A stretch of 64,000 bases of DNA, from assembly GCA_973895155.1 (NCBI GenBank), contig OZ316896.1, positions 23,207,722 through 23,271,721 on the forward strand, given 5' to 3'. This document shows, piece by piece, positions 1-22,134 of this stretch (its first letter is position 1; every line of letters starts with the position of its first letter). The DNA is from Marsupella aquatica (lineage: Eukaryota; Plantae; Marchantiophyta). Under the pieces are notes generated by a model. That model searched no databases. It was not told where the DNA came from and saw nothing but the letters and a program-made list of their open reading frames with translations. Made by a program: the position numbers and the translations under genes.

Positions 1-1626
1 GGCTCAAAAGCATCTCATTGCATGATAATCAATCAATCAATTCTTCACTCATTCATTTCTACGAACGCTCCGAAGCAGCTAGACGATGACATCGGAGCAC
101 CATGCTAGTTCAGAACAGCACCAAATTCCTGCGCGCAAAGCTCGTCCATGGTCGTGATGGCTGTCCTCTACTGAACAGGCGGAGGAGGGTTGGCGCTGCC
201 ACACTGCTGCTAATGCCAGAGGAGGAAGCCCCACCGTCTCGACCCGACGAAGACAGTCCACGAGCACCAGACTCCGAAGAAGGGACTCTGCAAGAGAAAT
301 CCCACGATGCGCGACGACGCACAGCAATTCCTCTGCTTCCGTGCTCCTGCTCGATTGCGTGTCTGGGGGCAAAGAGTGTTGCTGCTAATGGGCGCAGAGA
401 GGAGGGCATGGGCGTGGCCATGAGTGCGGCGGCCATACCCATTGTTGCTAAACCCCGCTACGACGCAATTCTCGGCCTCCTTTCCTCCCTTCCCCTTCCA
501 CCTCGATGGCTCCAAACGGATACACAGAAGAGGCTACACAATCAAAGGTGTACAACAGTGAGAGGCAAATTTGGAGACGAAAGAAATGGTGGGCTCTGGG
601 CCTTCCCCTCCCCGAAAGCCACGAAAAGGTGGAGACGAAGAAAATGAACATGAGCTACTGAGAAAAAAACTGTTTAGCTACAGAACACTCCGAATGGAAA
701 GGAGAGCATCTGGCGAGACGCACCTCGCTGCCCTAATGACTCAAGCAAACGACATTGCCTTCCGCTCTAGGACAGCTTTGGATAGCTGAAATGCGGAGAC
801 AGCACCCTCGATTGCTCGCTGATTGTAAAAGAGCGGCTGCTGCAATCGATCAGATTGCCTTCGAATTCGTTGCCACTCATCAGCGGAGTCGACTCAAAAA
901 AGTGGACGGAAACATTCTTCTCAGTGAACTGAAATTAGCAAACAACGAAATGCGCCTGACAATGAAGAGTGCAAGGAAATCATAGCATTTCCAAATGGGA
1001 TGGTAGTCAAGAGAAAATTGGTTTGCTGGACAGCTTACTCCACACCCTTTCTATCTAGCTAAATTGAGTCTTGAGACCACTGAGGGTTTATGGAGAAATC
1101 GAGCTCAAAAAATGATCATCCATAGTCACCAGTTACATTTAGATCATTTCACACTATTTTTTTCCTCCTCTAAACAACCAAATGAATTCCATTCAAATAA
1201 TAGCAACATACAAAACAGGGGACCAAAAGAGGGACACCATCCCACAAGACCAAAGGTCCACGTGCTAAGAAGGGAAACCGGCACCAGGGAAGAGACTGAG
1301 CCTCAGAAGGACGCAACTAAACAAGCAGTTTCATTTCATTTTTAATCTTTAGCAGGAAACATGTTGTCCCATAAAATGTTAGGCTTTGGACAAGTTCTGT
1401 CCCGGTTGTGGAAGTCCATCCAAGCATATCAGCACACCTTCAAAACCTGTCAGACAACGGTTTAGTCAAAAGAAGAAAAATGGAAGTGACGAAAAATGAT
1501 GATTAACTTCCATTAGTGAAACATTCAAGGGACCTTGCACTTCCTTAGCTTTGAGCAGCAGGTAGTGAAGAGTTGGAGGAGTTGGGGGTGAGACTTCCCA
1601 CTTGGCAAGGCAAGAGGAGTGCTTCT

Positions 1627-2335
1627 TGTTAGGGTTAACTCTTAGTCTTTGGTTAATCACAGTTAATATAACCATAGTTAGGACCTTAACCTTGGTTAGA
1701 CTTGCCTAGTATATAGAGGAGCTAGAGACAGCTCCTTGGTAAGACTCTTGTTGTAGGAGAGTAAGCTAGGAGCTAGAAGAAGGATAGGAGCTTGTACTTG
1801 GAGGCTTGTGTTGTGTAAAACCGGCAAGACCACAAACATGAGAGAAACCAGCAAGCACATATGCCGACATGAGAGATACGCAGTTCACCTTAGTTGGCCA
1901 AGGTTGCATCCACTAAATGCAAGACCCTTGCTAAGCTTTGGTCACCATGGCCACCCCAAGCCTCCTTGTACAAGCTCTCAAAATGATAAGTGTCACTCCT
2001 AGCTTGCGCCTCCAAGAATGAGCATGACTCTCAATGAGTAGCACCTCCTTGCTCCCGTAGTTGCAGCTAATCACCATTAAGTCCTTAATACCGATTAGCC
2101 TAAGAGATGTTAACCAATTCTTAAGAGTTAACCCTGACAGCAGGGTGTGGCTATGTAGACCAAAGCTAAGTAAAACTCTGTATTCCTGTGGATGTAGTCT
2201 TGACAAAGGTGAACCACATATTTCTGGTTACTGATTTCGCCAATTGCCTGGGGAGGGCGGAGTTGATGTAACGTGGGCTTGCTGGTGTCTTGTGTGATCA
2301 TGCTGTTGGTTTTCTCAACATTCAAGTGGTATCAG
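1627..2335 (+). mobile_element. Degenerate Copia-type LTR (1627-2320) followed by a tRNA-Met-like PBS
   Basis: Starts TGTTAGGG and ends TTCTCAACA (2320), then TGGTATCAG at 2327-2335. Contains CCTGTGGATGTAG...GGTGAACCAC, a motif shared with the solo LTR at 14017-14363. No gag/pol recognisable downstream. Confidence 0.6.
1809..2139 (-). mobile_element. Related solo LTR nested in inverted orientation inside the previous LTR
   Basis: Reverse complement begins TGTCAGGGTTAACTCTTA (host LTR begins TGTTAGGGTTAACTCTTA) and ends GTTTTACACAACA (host ends GTTTTCTCAACA). Flanks GCTTG/GCAGG match only 3/5. Confidence 0.55.
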
Positions 2336-2621
2336 GACAATCTTGGGAGGTGACAATATGGTGAGAGTATGTTCCAGCAAGGAGTTAATCAATGGGACTG
2401 AGTCTCTCGGAGGTTTCACTGCATGAAAATACAAGTGTGAATGCTTAGACAATTAAGCAAATCAATAAGGTCAAGATGGCTTCTCTAAAACTTCAACAGG
2501 AGGTCTAAAGGCTAACTAAGTAATCAAAGGTTCCCTGAGCCCTCCCCAATCAATGTAGCTCCAAACAGTATCTCCAAGCTCCTCTCCAAAGTGAATAACA
2601 AAGAATTGAGCCAAAATTAGA

Positions 2622-8013
<5,392 letters not shown>

Positions 8014-8633
8014 TTTGAAGCACCCTTTCTAAGCTGCCATATGGCGAACACCTTCTACCCTATCTTGTTTTATTAGAAGAATTAGTTCTGAATTTTCCTT
8101 CAAATCTGGCCTAGTCTATCATTTCACTTTGTATTGGTTTTAATTTAGCAATTTTTCTAATCCCTTTAATTATTTCAATTTCATGATTTTCATGTGATAT
8201 GTTAGGTTTTACTATGATAGCTCATCATGTAACTATTTGATGAGATTTTCATTGTGTCATTCCTTCTCTATTGCATGAAAAGGTTAGCCTCACCAGGATG
8301 CACCAGTATAGAAACCAACTTTGTCGTGTAGGTTATATCTCCATTGGTGAAAAATTTTCCAACCCTTATGGTTTAATTATCCTTATGGTTTAGAGGTTAA
8401 CAGGTGTCACCTAAATAGTGAATCTCTCAATAGCCAGGGCCTAAAAGTAGAGTACAAAGCTAGAGTACAAGGCTAGCGTACTTCTCTGTCAACCACAAAT
8501 ACTATTGTCACGGATTGACATGGGTCTTAACACCAAAAATGTCACTATTGGGTATCAAAATCATCTGATGTTGTGAAGGTTGATAAACACCAGTTTAATA
8601 TGCCCTTAACGTCAAACTATCATAGCAAGATTC

Positions 8634-10210
8634 TGTCACACATCACCCAAGCTCAATCCCAAGGAACCAAGGTTGGGAATCAGATCATGCGCTCGTGATA
8701 GTTCTGGTGAGAAGGGGTCTTCGTATCGGGTCCGTACACACAGGGCCTAACACTATGGTGCGCAAATGTCTATACGTATGTTTATTGCTATATGTATGTT
8801 TCTATTCCTCAGCCAGAAGTGCACTTCCAGCCACAGATGGGGGCACAGACATACTGTCTCACACCTCCATTTCACAATGTCAAGTTACACATACACAGTT
8901 CGCTTAACTTCAAAGCTAGTAGTAGGCCTAGCTAACAACGATCTATCCCTGATTGCAATGAGGCTCGGTTTCACGCTTACACTGCAAGCTCAACTCTGAC
9001 CATAAATCCCTTAGTCCTCTTTACCAAACAAAGGCTAGGACTCCCCATGGATCACTTTGCCTCGCCATTGCCCCTCAATCATTGTCTCATCCTCCCTAAG
9101 GTGCTCATTGCAAATCAAATTGAAATCTTCCCCAGAGTTTACAATCACCAACACATCACCTATCACCAAGGCTTTGTATCAGGGAAAATGTACCCAGTTG
9201 TGGTGCCTACTAGAAAGAGCCATAATCCAGTTCGCAAACCTGGTCAACTATTGTTGTAAAGCTTGGCTGATTATTCCTTGAGTAATAACACAACCAAGCT
9301 CTCCCCAACACATAGCTTCCAAGTCCAACCTTGTTTGCACAGAGCTTCGATCTCCCTACTGCTTAGTCTACGTGAGATCACACAACTGAAGTCCCCTTGC
9401 TTCTAGCAAGGGTTGCTCTATATACTCTCACACTCCTGCTCACACTAAGCCCAAATGGGTGGATGCTATGTTGTTGGAGCCCTATCCCAACTCTAACACA
9501 GCCGCCACTATCTAACTAATGAACCCTAACTCACATCTTTATTTCTATCTCAAATTGGCTATGTACTTTGGATTTGGCCTTCCTCCACAGTTTTTGCAAG
9601 CTTGCGCCTCCTCTCCCAATTTCTCTATTCAACCATTTTCTGCGTGGATAGTAGCATTGGAAGTGGCTTGAGCTCCTCTTTCCAACGAGGTCAATTATAG
9701 CCAATTTGGTCAAATACAAAGAAAGCTATGTCCCCACAATCAAGAGGGGGTACAAACTACTGCGCTAACCCAAGTTTGGCTAACCTAACTATTCTACCTA
9801 ACCCAAGTAAAGCTAACCCTAAACCACATAGCTTCCTATTCAGTTGTGGAGACTCACTTCCCTGAATTACCATGCCTGCCTCTGTACCAACATCTTGAAG
9901 AGCCTCCATGCTCCATCTTGCTTGTCAACAAGATGGTATGGTTGAAGAGGTGAATCCTCTCTTCCCCAGTTGCTCTTTTGTGGCCTTGACAGTGACTATA
10001 TATCCCAACTGTGTTTGCCTTGGTTGTGCAATCTTCAAGCTGAAATACCTCTATCCCTAGTACTCCTAACACCATGATTGCCCTTATTCTTGTCCTCTTG
10101 CTAATTGTTATATATGCAATATCAATAGTTACTCCTTGCATACAGCATCCTAGTTAATCAAATTATAAAATAAGGGCCATGTCATTGGCGTCACATATCC
10201 CCCTACTTAA
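8634..10210 (-). mobile_element. Possible degenerate Gypsy-type 3' LTR with polypurine tract (PPT)
   Basis: Minus strand reads GGGGACGCTTCACAGTTAAGTAGGGGGATA then TGTGACGCC (LTR start at 10195), resembling a Gypsy pol end/PPT/LTR junction. The far end is uncertain (TGTCAC at 8634 or 8506). Confidence 0.35.
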
Positions 10211-12195
10211 CTGTGAAGCGTCCCCGCTTCACACAACTTCCTGGACTAGAGGGAAATCTCTAATTTCAAAGATTTGAGACGTACTAATATCGTTAGAGAA
10301 TTAATGATTTTGCATTCCAAGCAAAGGATTGGTGATGCTTGGAATGCAAACTTGTTAGCTCTCTAACAAGAATAGCTTGAACCAAATTTCAGTTTCGAGA
10401 ACATGGCATGTATTAATTACCTGAAGTACACCCTTATTAATATGAACTAGTGTACTTGCATTGAAGATAGAAAACAAATTGAGAATCTAATCCCAAAATC
10501 ACAGCTTACATCAAAGCAGCATTTATTGATATTTTGGGTTTGGGTTTGACAGGGCTCAACATCAACAACTCTTTCATTCTATGCACGATTGTGATTGCAA
10601 ATCAAACTTAAAATGCATTGTGCATAAAAATGCAAAAAGAAATGGATTATCTGAGAGGTGACCACTTTCATCGATTTGACTCTTCTACAATTGCAAACCC
10701 ATCACAATTTCTCTTTGACACTTTTGAACCCATCACGTATTCTCTTTGACAATTGGGAACTCATCACACTTTCTCTTCAACGATTGCAAGACCATTTACT
10801 GTTTCTCTTCGGCAACTGCAAATCCATCACGATATCTCTTTGACAATCATATCACAGGTCGACAGGGGTTCAGAGTTTAGATGTAATGCAGGAGGAGCAA
10901 GTAGAGATTTGATACATCACATTGCACTCCGCAATGCCAAGCTGCTGCTTCCTTGCACTGATGAGCTTGTCATTAGTTCAAGGTTATTCTTCTGAAGAGG
11001 AGATAGAGCAAGAAGGGCTTCCGCTTAGTGATGATGATGATTGGGGCAAAGGCAAAGATGGTCAGAGAGAACTGCGACCTGCCCCATCAAATAGTGTGCA
11101 CGATGTCAATGGCACTTGCATCCACTCATCACGAGTTCCGGAGATCAAGTCCCCTAGGGCCGGCTCATCCCTTCTTCCATCTCCTGACAACCATTTTATT
11201 TGTCTCTAAAACTTGCTATAACATCCAATGTAGAAGCAACTCAATTCAATGGTTAAAGTTTATCTGATGAGAACTCACCATGATTTGCTGCAAAATCCTT
11301 GTACATACTAGAAGTAAACGGTGGGGCCGTCAACAGGGCATGATTTTAGAGTTTACCCAAGGTGGACCGAGCTTTCATTAATTATGACGATGATATGGTC
11401 ATATGGGTGCTCAAACAACTCCATGCCAGCATCATGACTAGTAGATCTTTTGTGGAGCCTTTTATGTCAGATTGAACATGGTTCAGAGAAAAAGCCGACA
11501 ATGAATCTTTAGAAAGATCGACCAGCCCAGCCAAGAGACATACAAATGAGAGACCAAGCACAGAGTTCAGATCCACAAAGATCCATTTCGTCCACTACAA
11601 AACAAACAAAGCACAGAATTTTCAGATCATTGTTGATGGTGAAGGATCTTTTGCAAATTCCCATTGCAAAAGAAAGAAATGAATTCAAATGTCATGTGAC
11701 TTATTTGAGAGAAAGGTAGTCGAGCAAATGGGGCAGTTTCTATGTGGCGGATCTATAATCGAACAGAAATCAAGTTTATGTGGGGGCTGCAACACTACAG
11801 GAGTCCAGGCAAAGCACGCAGCTTGAGAACACTTAAAGGACGTTTCCCAAGAAATTGAAAGCCCCAACATATTGGACGGAAACAAGTTATTCTCAGTGTC
11901 ACTCTCCTTGTCTGAGTTAACTTTTTCTGCCATAATCTCTCGGATGGGTACTACATTCAAGTGGGGCAGGCAGGAGAAGCTCTTTCCGCTAGTGGGCAGT
12001 AACACCGAATTGACACTAAATTATTTCAATACATTTCACCGCAAGTTTGATTTTGGAATGAGGAAGCAAAGCTAAGCCGAAAGGTCTGGTAGGAACACTC
12101 TATATATAGTTAACTTTTGCTAACTTAATATTGCATAGGTAATGATCGTTAACGTCATGTCCCTCTATTTAATTATTCCTAATGTTTGGTGGGAG

Positions 12196-12482
12196 CTCAG
12201 GGGGTTAACTAAGTGTATATTTTAGGGTACCACGTGCGATCCTAGCCTAATATAAATAGACCTATTTTATAAAGAAAATATTCCAAGAATATTCTCTATT
12301 TTTAATATTAATGACCTATTTTACTTTATAAACTGTATATATTAACGAATATTCTATAAACATGAGTTTATAATACCTTCTTTTGCCTCCTACGCTTTTT
12401 AAAAATTTTGTTAAGTTCTATCCAAAATACCTATTTTGGATCGCACGTGGTTCCTAAGATTTTTTATAGTCAACCCCCCGAG
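12196..12482. mobile_element. 287-bp MITE with 8-bp TSD (hAT-like)
   Basis: TSD GGTGGGAG at 12188-12195 and 12483-12490. TIRs CTCAGGGGGTTAACTA / TAGTCAACCCCCCGAG, with subterminal inverted ACCACGTGCGATCC. The empty site is present in unit A (~3249). Confidence 0.85.
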
Positions 12483-12759
12483 GGTGGGAGTCTACTCTAA
12501 GTCAGAAAACAGAAAAGAGTACAATATTAAGAGAGAGATCTTATAATATGTGATCAATGTAGAGAAAAGTTGGAGGTGAAGTCTCCTAAGTATATTCTAC
12601 CTATTATCAAGGTAAAAAAGACTTGGAGTTCTTATAGCCTTTGATCACTAGACTTGGATGTGAAGTCTTCTATGAATATTGTACGTATTGAAGAAGTTTT
12701 GAGTTTTTTAAGATTTGCCAAGGGGAAACTCTATAATAATAGATGTTGCAGCGATTTGA

Positions 12760-14997
12760 ATATGTGCATTGATTCCCATTGCTGATTTGATTGCTTTTCC
12801 CGGGTACACGTTTCTGTCCATTTCTGATGATACCCATCTATCTTGTGACGCGGACATCAGTTTTAGGGGATGCTTATATTCATTTTGTGGACCAGTTGTC
12901 CCTACTTGGCCTTTCTGTTCAGGCTCGCAAGTGTGGGGTCTGGTCTCCACATCCCCTCCCGGTCTCTTTCTCCCCACCCCTCGATATTCCCATTCAGACT
13001 CAATCAGGGCATCTGGGATCTCGGTGTATGTTTTGGGGAGGAGGCCTTTATACGTGAGTTTTTGCAGGCTACATTATCTCACGATGTCGTTCCCATTGAT
13101 CAGTTGGGGGCCCTTGGTGACATCCAAATTGCTTTCATGATTTTGGTCTAGTGCTTTGTCTGACGCCCTTCGTACCTTCTTCGGACTTTGCCCCCCACCC
13201 CCATGTTTCTGTCTCGGCTCTCTTCTTTTGACACCGCCGTGATGGAGGCTTTTGGTCCCCTTATTGGCCTTGGGGCCTTTGACGGAGAGGACGGTTCTTT
13301 TGCTATTTGGAAGGCCTCTTTGCCCCCGTCCGGTGGGGGCATGGGGTTTCCTCTGTTGTGGCCATGGCTCATGTGCCTTCCTTGGATGTTGGGCACAGGT
13401 GGGCCCTGTTCTGGCCTCCCGTTTCATGGTGGATCTTTGGCCCATCCTTTTTGACCATGTCATGGGGATGGAGGATGGCAGTCTTCCTTTCCAAAGTTCA
13501 GCCCCACCACGCTTGGTCATTACTACCTGCGCAAAGGTAGTGCAGGCAGGCTGTTGTTCTCGCTCTTGTGGAGATAGTTTTTGACAGTCCGGATCGTGTT
13601 CAGCAGGTGATTTCTGACTGCATGCACCGTCACTCCAATCCCTTTCTAGCATGCTCTCTCATGCAGCTTCGAACTCAGTTTGGGCCTGCCACTTATCTTG
13701 CTCGGGTTCTGGTTCAGGAGCCTGGCTTTCTGCAACCTCTATGGGCCCCCTTCTGCATGTGCTCCTTCCTCTTCACCACGTCTATGCGCCTCTGTCTGGG
13801 TCTCCCTCACTCTTGCCTCCTTGGCCAAACCTCTTGTATATGTGGGGCATCTCTGGACCCATCTGGTGTTCATATTCTTAGGTGCGGTCATGGGAGCGAG
13901 AAGACGGCGAGACACAATGACGTTTGGGATGTGGTTGCTACCATTGCCCGGGACTCTACATACTATGTTGCTATGAAGCAAGAACATGCCTTTCCCCCAG
14001 GAATGACGTTTCTGACTGTTGAGAATAGACGGCAATCGCAACGGTAAGCACATGACACATCCAACGCGCAAGTAGTCAACACAAGAGATACGTGGTTCAC
14101 CTCCTCGAGGCTACGTCCACGGGAATACACAAGAGAGCTTTAATTACTGAACTCTAAGCCCGTCGGCCATACCAAGTCTCCAAAGTGTAAGCTCTCCTCA
14201 TCTCTCAAGTGGCCCTGTAACAATGAGCCTAAGTTCCACTTATCCAAGTAAACACCGTTTGGCATATAGTGTGCATCCTAGTTAACCTAACCACGTCTTT
14301 GACTATGGTTAGTCTAACTATGGTTACATGTCGTAAGCCTAGACCTTGAGTAAATACCTAACACTGACCTGTGTTGGGCTGACCTGGTTTTTTCTTAGGC
14401 TAGAGTTTGTTCCCTTGGTGATGTAGTCCGTGGTTGCTGATCCTACGGGTGGGAGTACCGTTGTTGTGGCAGCCCAGCTCAAACAAAAGGCTTATGCGGT
14501 TTGTTACTCGGGGGATCCTTTCTACCCTTTTGCCCTTGAGGTCTTTGGTGCTCTCCATCGTTGTTTTAACCACTTCCTTGTGGCTTGTGCTATGTTTTGT
14601 ATTGAGCGACCTTTTCCCCCTCTTTCTGTCCTCATTGCTTTCTTTTGGCAGAGGGTGTCGGTGGCCCTTTTAGACAGGTTCCCCTCCGTGACTCTCCTAT
14701 GCATTTTACTCAAGCTCACTCAAGCTCTACCAGGGTTTTCAATTTAGTGCCCAGGAGGGTTTTTAGTTTCTTGTGTGCTTCTTAGATTTTTTCTTTATGT
14801 GCGACATTAGACTTGTTGGGTCTCTTTGGTGTTCTTTGTTGGGTCTCTTTGGTCTTCTTGGGGTCTTTAGTTTCCCCCCTTTATTGGGTTCGTTTGCCTT
14901 TCGTATCATGTCTCCCTTTTCGGATGTCTCCCTTTTTGGCTGTCTCCCTTTTTGGCTGGCGATCCCATCTTTTTGGCAGTGCGATATGTATATATTT
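12760..14997 (+). mobile_element. 5'-truncated, degenerate CRE-clade (RLE-type) non-LTR retrotransposon
   Basis: Fragments in order: RT active-site-like FLSISDDTHL, thumb-like ASLPPSGGGMG, zinc knuckle CICGASLDPSGVHILRC..RHN, endonuclease-like VVADPT..KQKAY..PFALEVFG..QRVSVAL. Candidate TSD GATTTGA (12753-12759 and 14998-15004). Absent from unit A. Confidence 0.75.
14017..14363 (-). mobile_element. 347-bp Copia-type solo LTR nested in the CRE element
   Basis: TG...CA termini with exact 5-bp TSD CTGAC (14012-14016 and 14364-14368). Minus strand has CCCGTGGACGTAG...GGTGAACCACGTA and ends TTCTCAACA, like the LTR at 1627-2320. Confidence 0.88.
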
Positions 14998-15273
14998 GAT
15001 TTGATGTTCCTTTACCACAGACACATTCCCATAAACGATGTGAAGTTTTGTACCGAGATCCCATACCGAACTTTACAACCCACCCGCACAGCAAAGCATG
15101 CAGTGCAAGGACAAGAAACATTGAAATTTGCTTTACTTCTCAGCGGAGCATGCAGTGCAAGGACAGGACAGGACAGGACCCATTGAAATCTGCTTGGATC
15201 TCATTACATGAGCTGACGATAGTGGAGCACAATCCCTCCCCTCCATCCGAAGCACGGGTGTTGACGTGAAGCA

Positions 15274-19089
<3,816 letters not shown>

Positions 19090-20391
19090 ATATCTCTTAG
19101 CGAGTTCGAGGAAACATGAATATGTTGCTGCTTACCCTTGGGGTGAAGGTCTTGAAGTCCCAGATCATAGACAACTGAAAATGAAGATGTTGGATGCATT
19201 AGAACGACTTTTCTGCGCATGACAATGTTAGCTTACCCTTGGGATGAAGATCTTGGAGTGGCAACTTATAGACAACTTAGATATCTGGAATGAAGACGTT
19301 GGATGCATCAGTCTTTTCCGCGCATGACAGCGTTCTGCGTCAGCTCCCAGAATTTTCGTGAGCACTATGGTATGACAATATTTCTCAATGCGTCACAGTG
19401 AGGGAAGACGAAGCTGAAGAGAAGGCCGTAGCAGCGAGGTAGACTCCTCTACGCATCTGTGAACTTTGGCCGTGTTGTCTGGCATTTACCCAACGTCCAT
19501 TAAATATGTTATAATTTTAACCTCTATTGGTATGTGATGAGAGTTAGTATTTCATCCACATCCAAATGTACTTGTTTATGCTGAAGGGCTCATATGTGTA
19601 CTGCGGGGACAACATGGGTGCAAGAGTGGAGAATGTTCAAGAAAAAATGTCTCGATTATCTTGGACATACTGTAAATCTTGTCGTCCAAAACGAACCGTG
19701 AACTCCAATCACATCCTCACTATTGGCTCTCTTGTGAAGTTAATGAATGTAGCATTTTACCGGCCTGAGCTGCCTCTGCACTGCGTTTGCAAAGCAAGAG
19801 AGCCTGCAAGAGAGGAGGGGAGAGAGGGATTGAGTGTGTGTGCCAGGATTGAGTGTGCTTGCCAAACAGCCTTTCACTATGAAACTCGCATTACCATAGC
19901 ATACTCTTTAACATGGCGCCTACAGGGGACAACGTCACCATTGCTCAAGTGGGAAACGTGCTTGTGAGCTTCGGCTGCATGAACTCAATTGCCGTCCGCA
20001 AGATTTTGAAGAACTACAAGGTAATACAATTTCACTATTCTTTTGAATATTTTTAAACCACCACTAGCCATGACAAAACCTTAGCCATGACAAAACCTGG
20101 ATCCTGAAATTGTAGGAAGATGTACAACAAGGTAATTCAATTTCACTGTTCTTTAATTTGAATACTTTTAAACCACCACTAACCGTGACAAAACCTGGAT
20201 CCAGAAATTGTGGAGCAAATGGTGCTGTAGAGGAGAGGAATGAGTCGAATGGGACAAAAAGGAGAAGTCTTGGATTCTTCCCCCTTCTATATGGCTAGTA
20301 GCGGTTTAAATGAAAATCACCCTCAGCGAAGTCAAGTGATGGATTCTCTTGGATGCACTGCAACTGCTGTCGCTGCCAGGATCTATTTTTC

Positions 20392-20506
20392 TACTAGCCT
20401 GGATAGTAGGGATTGAAAGTTCATTGTCTGCTAAGCCTGGACACTAGAGAGTTGAAAGTTCATTGTCCACTAAGCTTGGACAGCAGGGAGTTGAAAGTTC
20501 ATTGTA
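20392..20506. repeat. ~39-bp tandem repeat, about 3 copies
   Basis: CTAAGCCTGGACAC/G..AGAGAGTTGAAAGTTCATTGT repeated; translates as KVHC.LSLD.REL. Confidence 0.75.
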
Positions 20507-22134
20507 GGAGTGTAATCGGAGAATTTAAACACCAGTATGTGCAATCTTGCTTTTCCTTTGTCATAGTCTGTTTTACATTAAGTTATTTTGGCTAGTAGTC
20601 TCCTTGACTGTTTGATTATGGTGACATCACCATGAGATGAGCGTAAAGGTGCTGGTGTACACCTTCTCTGTGTCCAACCTGGCGCTCTACCCTATAATGG
20701 TACACTCCTTGAATTCCAGTTGCTAGATCAACTCAACTCCAACCAAGATCGGACTGCCTAACAATCTCATTTATTCTTGACATCGCTTTAGTTCAACATT
20801 ACTTACTATCAATAACAATTCGGCGATGTATGGACTTTATCATAGTTCAATTTAAGACATCAAATGACAGTAAATAAATATTGTGTTTGGAAATTTTCTG
20901 TTTGTTCATTTAGTCATTCAACATTTGCATTAATAAGATGGTGTAATGGGAACCAGGTGTAAGTCCATTTTGCCAAGATTGGACATGCCTTCTTAGGATG
21001 AGGTTCACTTCTGTAGCTCCCTTCAAGGGTGGACGTGACTTCCGTGGTTTAGGTTCATTACTGTAGCTCCCTTTAACATCTTATGCGCATAGATCTAGTT
21101 TCCTAGCTTGACTGCTCACTGTAGCAGTAGCGTGTTGCCTGTCATCGTCTCTAGGTCGGGAGACAGTAGGCTCAACCTGTGTATTTCACTTTGGTCAATT
21201 CTCTCAACTCAACAATCTATGTTTAAGTGAATGGATTACCCTATTTTCCAATATACTAAAATATCCTGAATTGTACATCTGACCAGATGTGTTCTAATTG
21301 TTCTGAAAATGTGACCTATATCATTATGTGATGATATTTTACTGTTATGGGCATGTGATAACGTACGTCACGACATTTCTTTATTTGAGTGGACATCGAT
21401 TTCACTATAAAGCCATGTGATGGTATCTTCCATTTCAGCTTCAAATCCATAGTCCTCCAGAACCAAATTGATTGTGAGCCACCAATCATTTCAAACTTAA
21501 CTTCCTTCTCTTCAAATGCGGATCAGCCAGGTAACTTTCGGTGAGGAACATCAGTGTCACAATCACGGTTTAAAAAACCATTTTTCAGAAAAATGCATCC
21601 ACCACAAGGAAAAGGACAGGTGACTGGAACGATGGCCAGTTGCTCATTTGAAATAATTGATAGATAATAAGAATGGTGAAGCCCCCTAGCTGACGTAAAC
21701 TTAGGCCAGAGCTTCAGGCCTCCAAAGAAATTTTGATGAATGATAAGAATGATTATCTGTTCATAGAAACCGGACGATCCAATGCTCCTTGTTCATAGAC
21801 ATGTGAATATACTTTCTTCCGCAGCCAATCAGCGATTTCACCAAAAGCCGGTAATACTTGGAGCGATCACAAATCCTTCTCTGGCAATTCTGTCTTACAA
21901 ATAAACACCCTCACAAGGGAGAATGGAGTTTACAGAAACTGACCCGTTTGCAAATCTCACCAACGTTGTCGCCAAACAAAGGGACCTCGTAGATTATCGT
22001 GGATATTTACAAACGAGACCGTCAGAGGAGTACCCAACGGCAGACCGGTGGTGTAAGGGTAGAACCAGCTTGCTTCAAAGCCAGATCCAAAATTGCTTGA
22101 GAGATTCTCTCGCTCATCTCGGGCGGATCATACT

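Noticed and set aside
102-647. Overlapping GC-rich ORFs, including 110-442 (-) with a transit-peptide-like start
   Set aside because: No recognisable domain or splice pattern. It could be a small real gene, but the sequence alone does not support a call.
13074-13652. 192-aa minus-strand ORF
   Set aside because: Antisense shadow of the degenerate CRE coding region.
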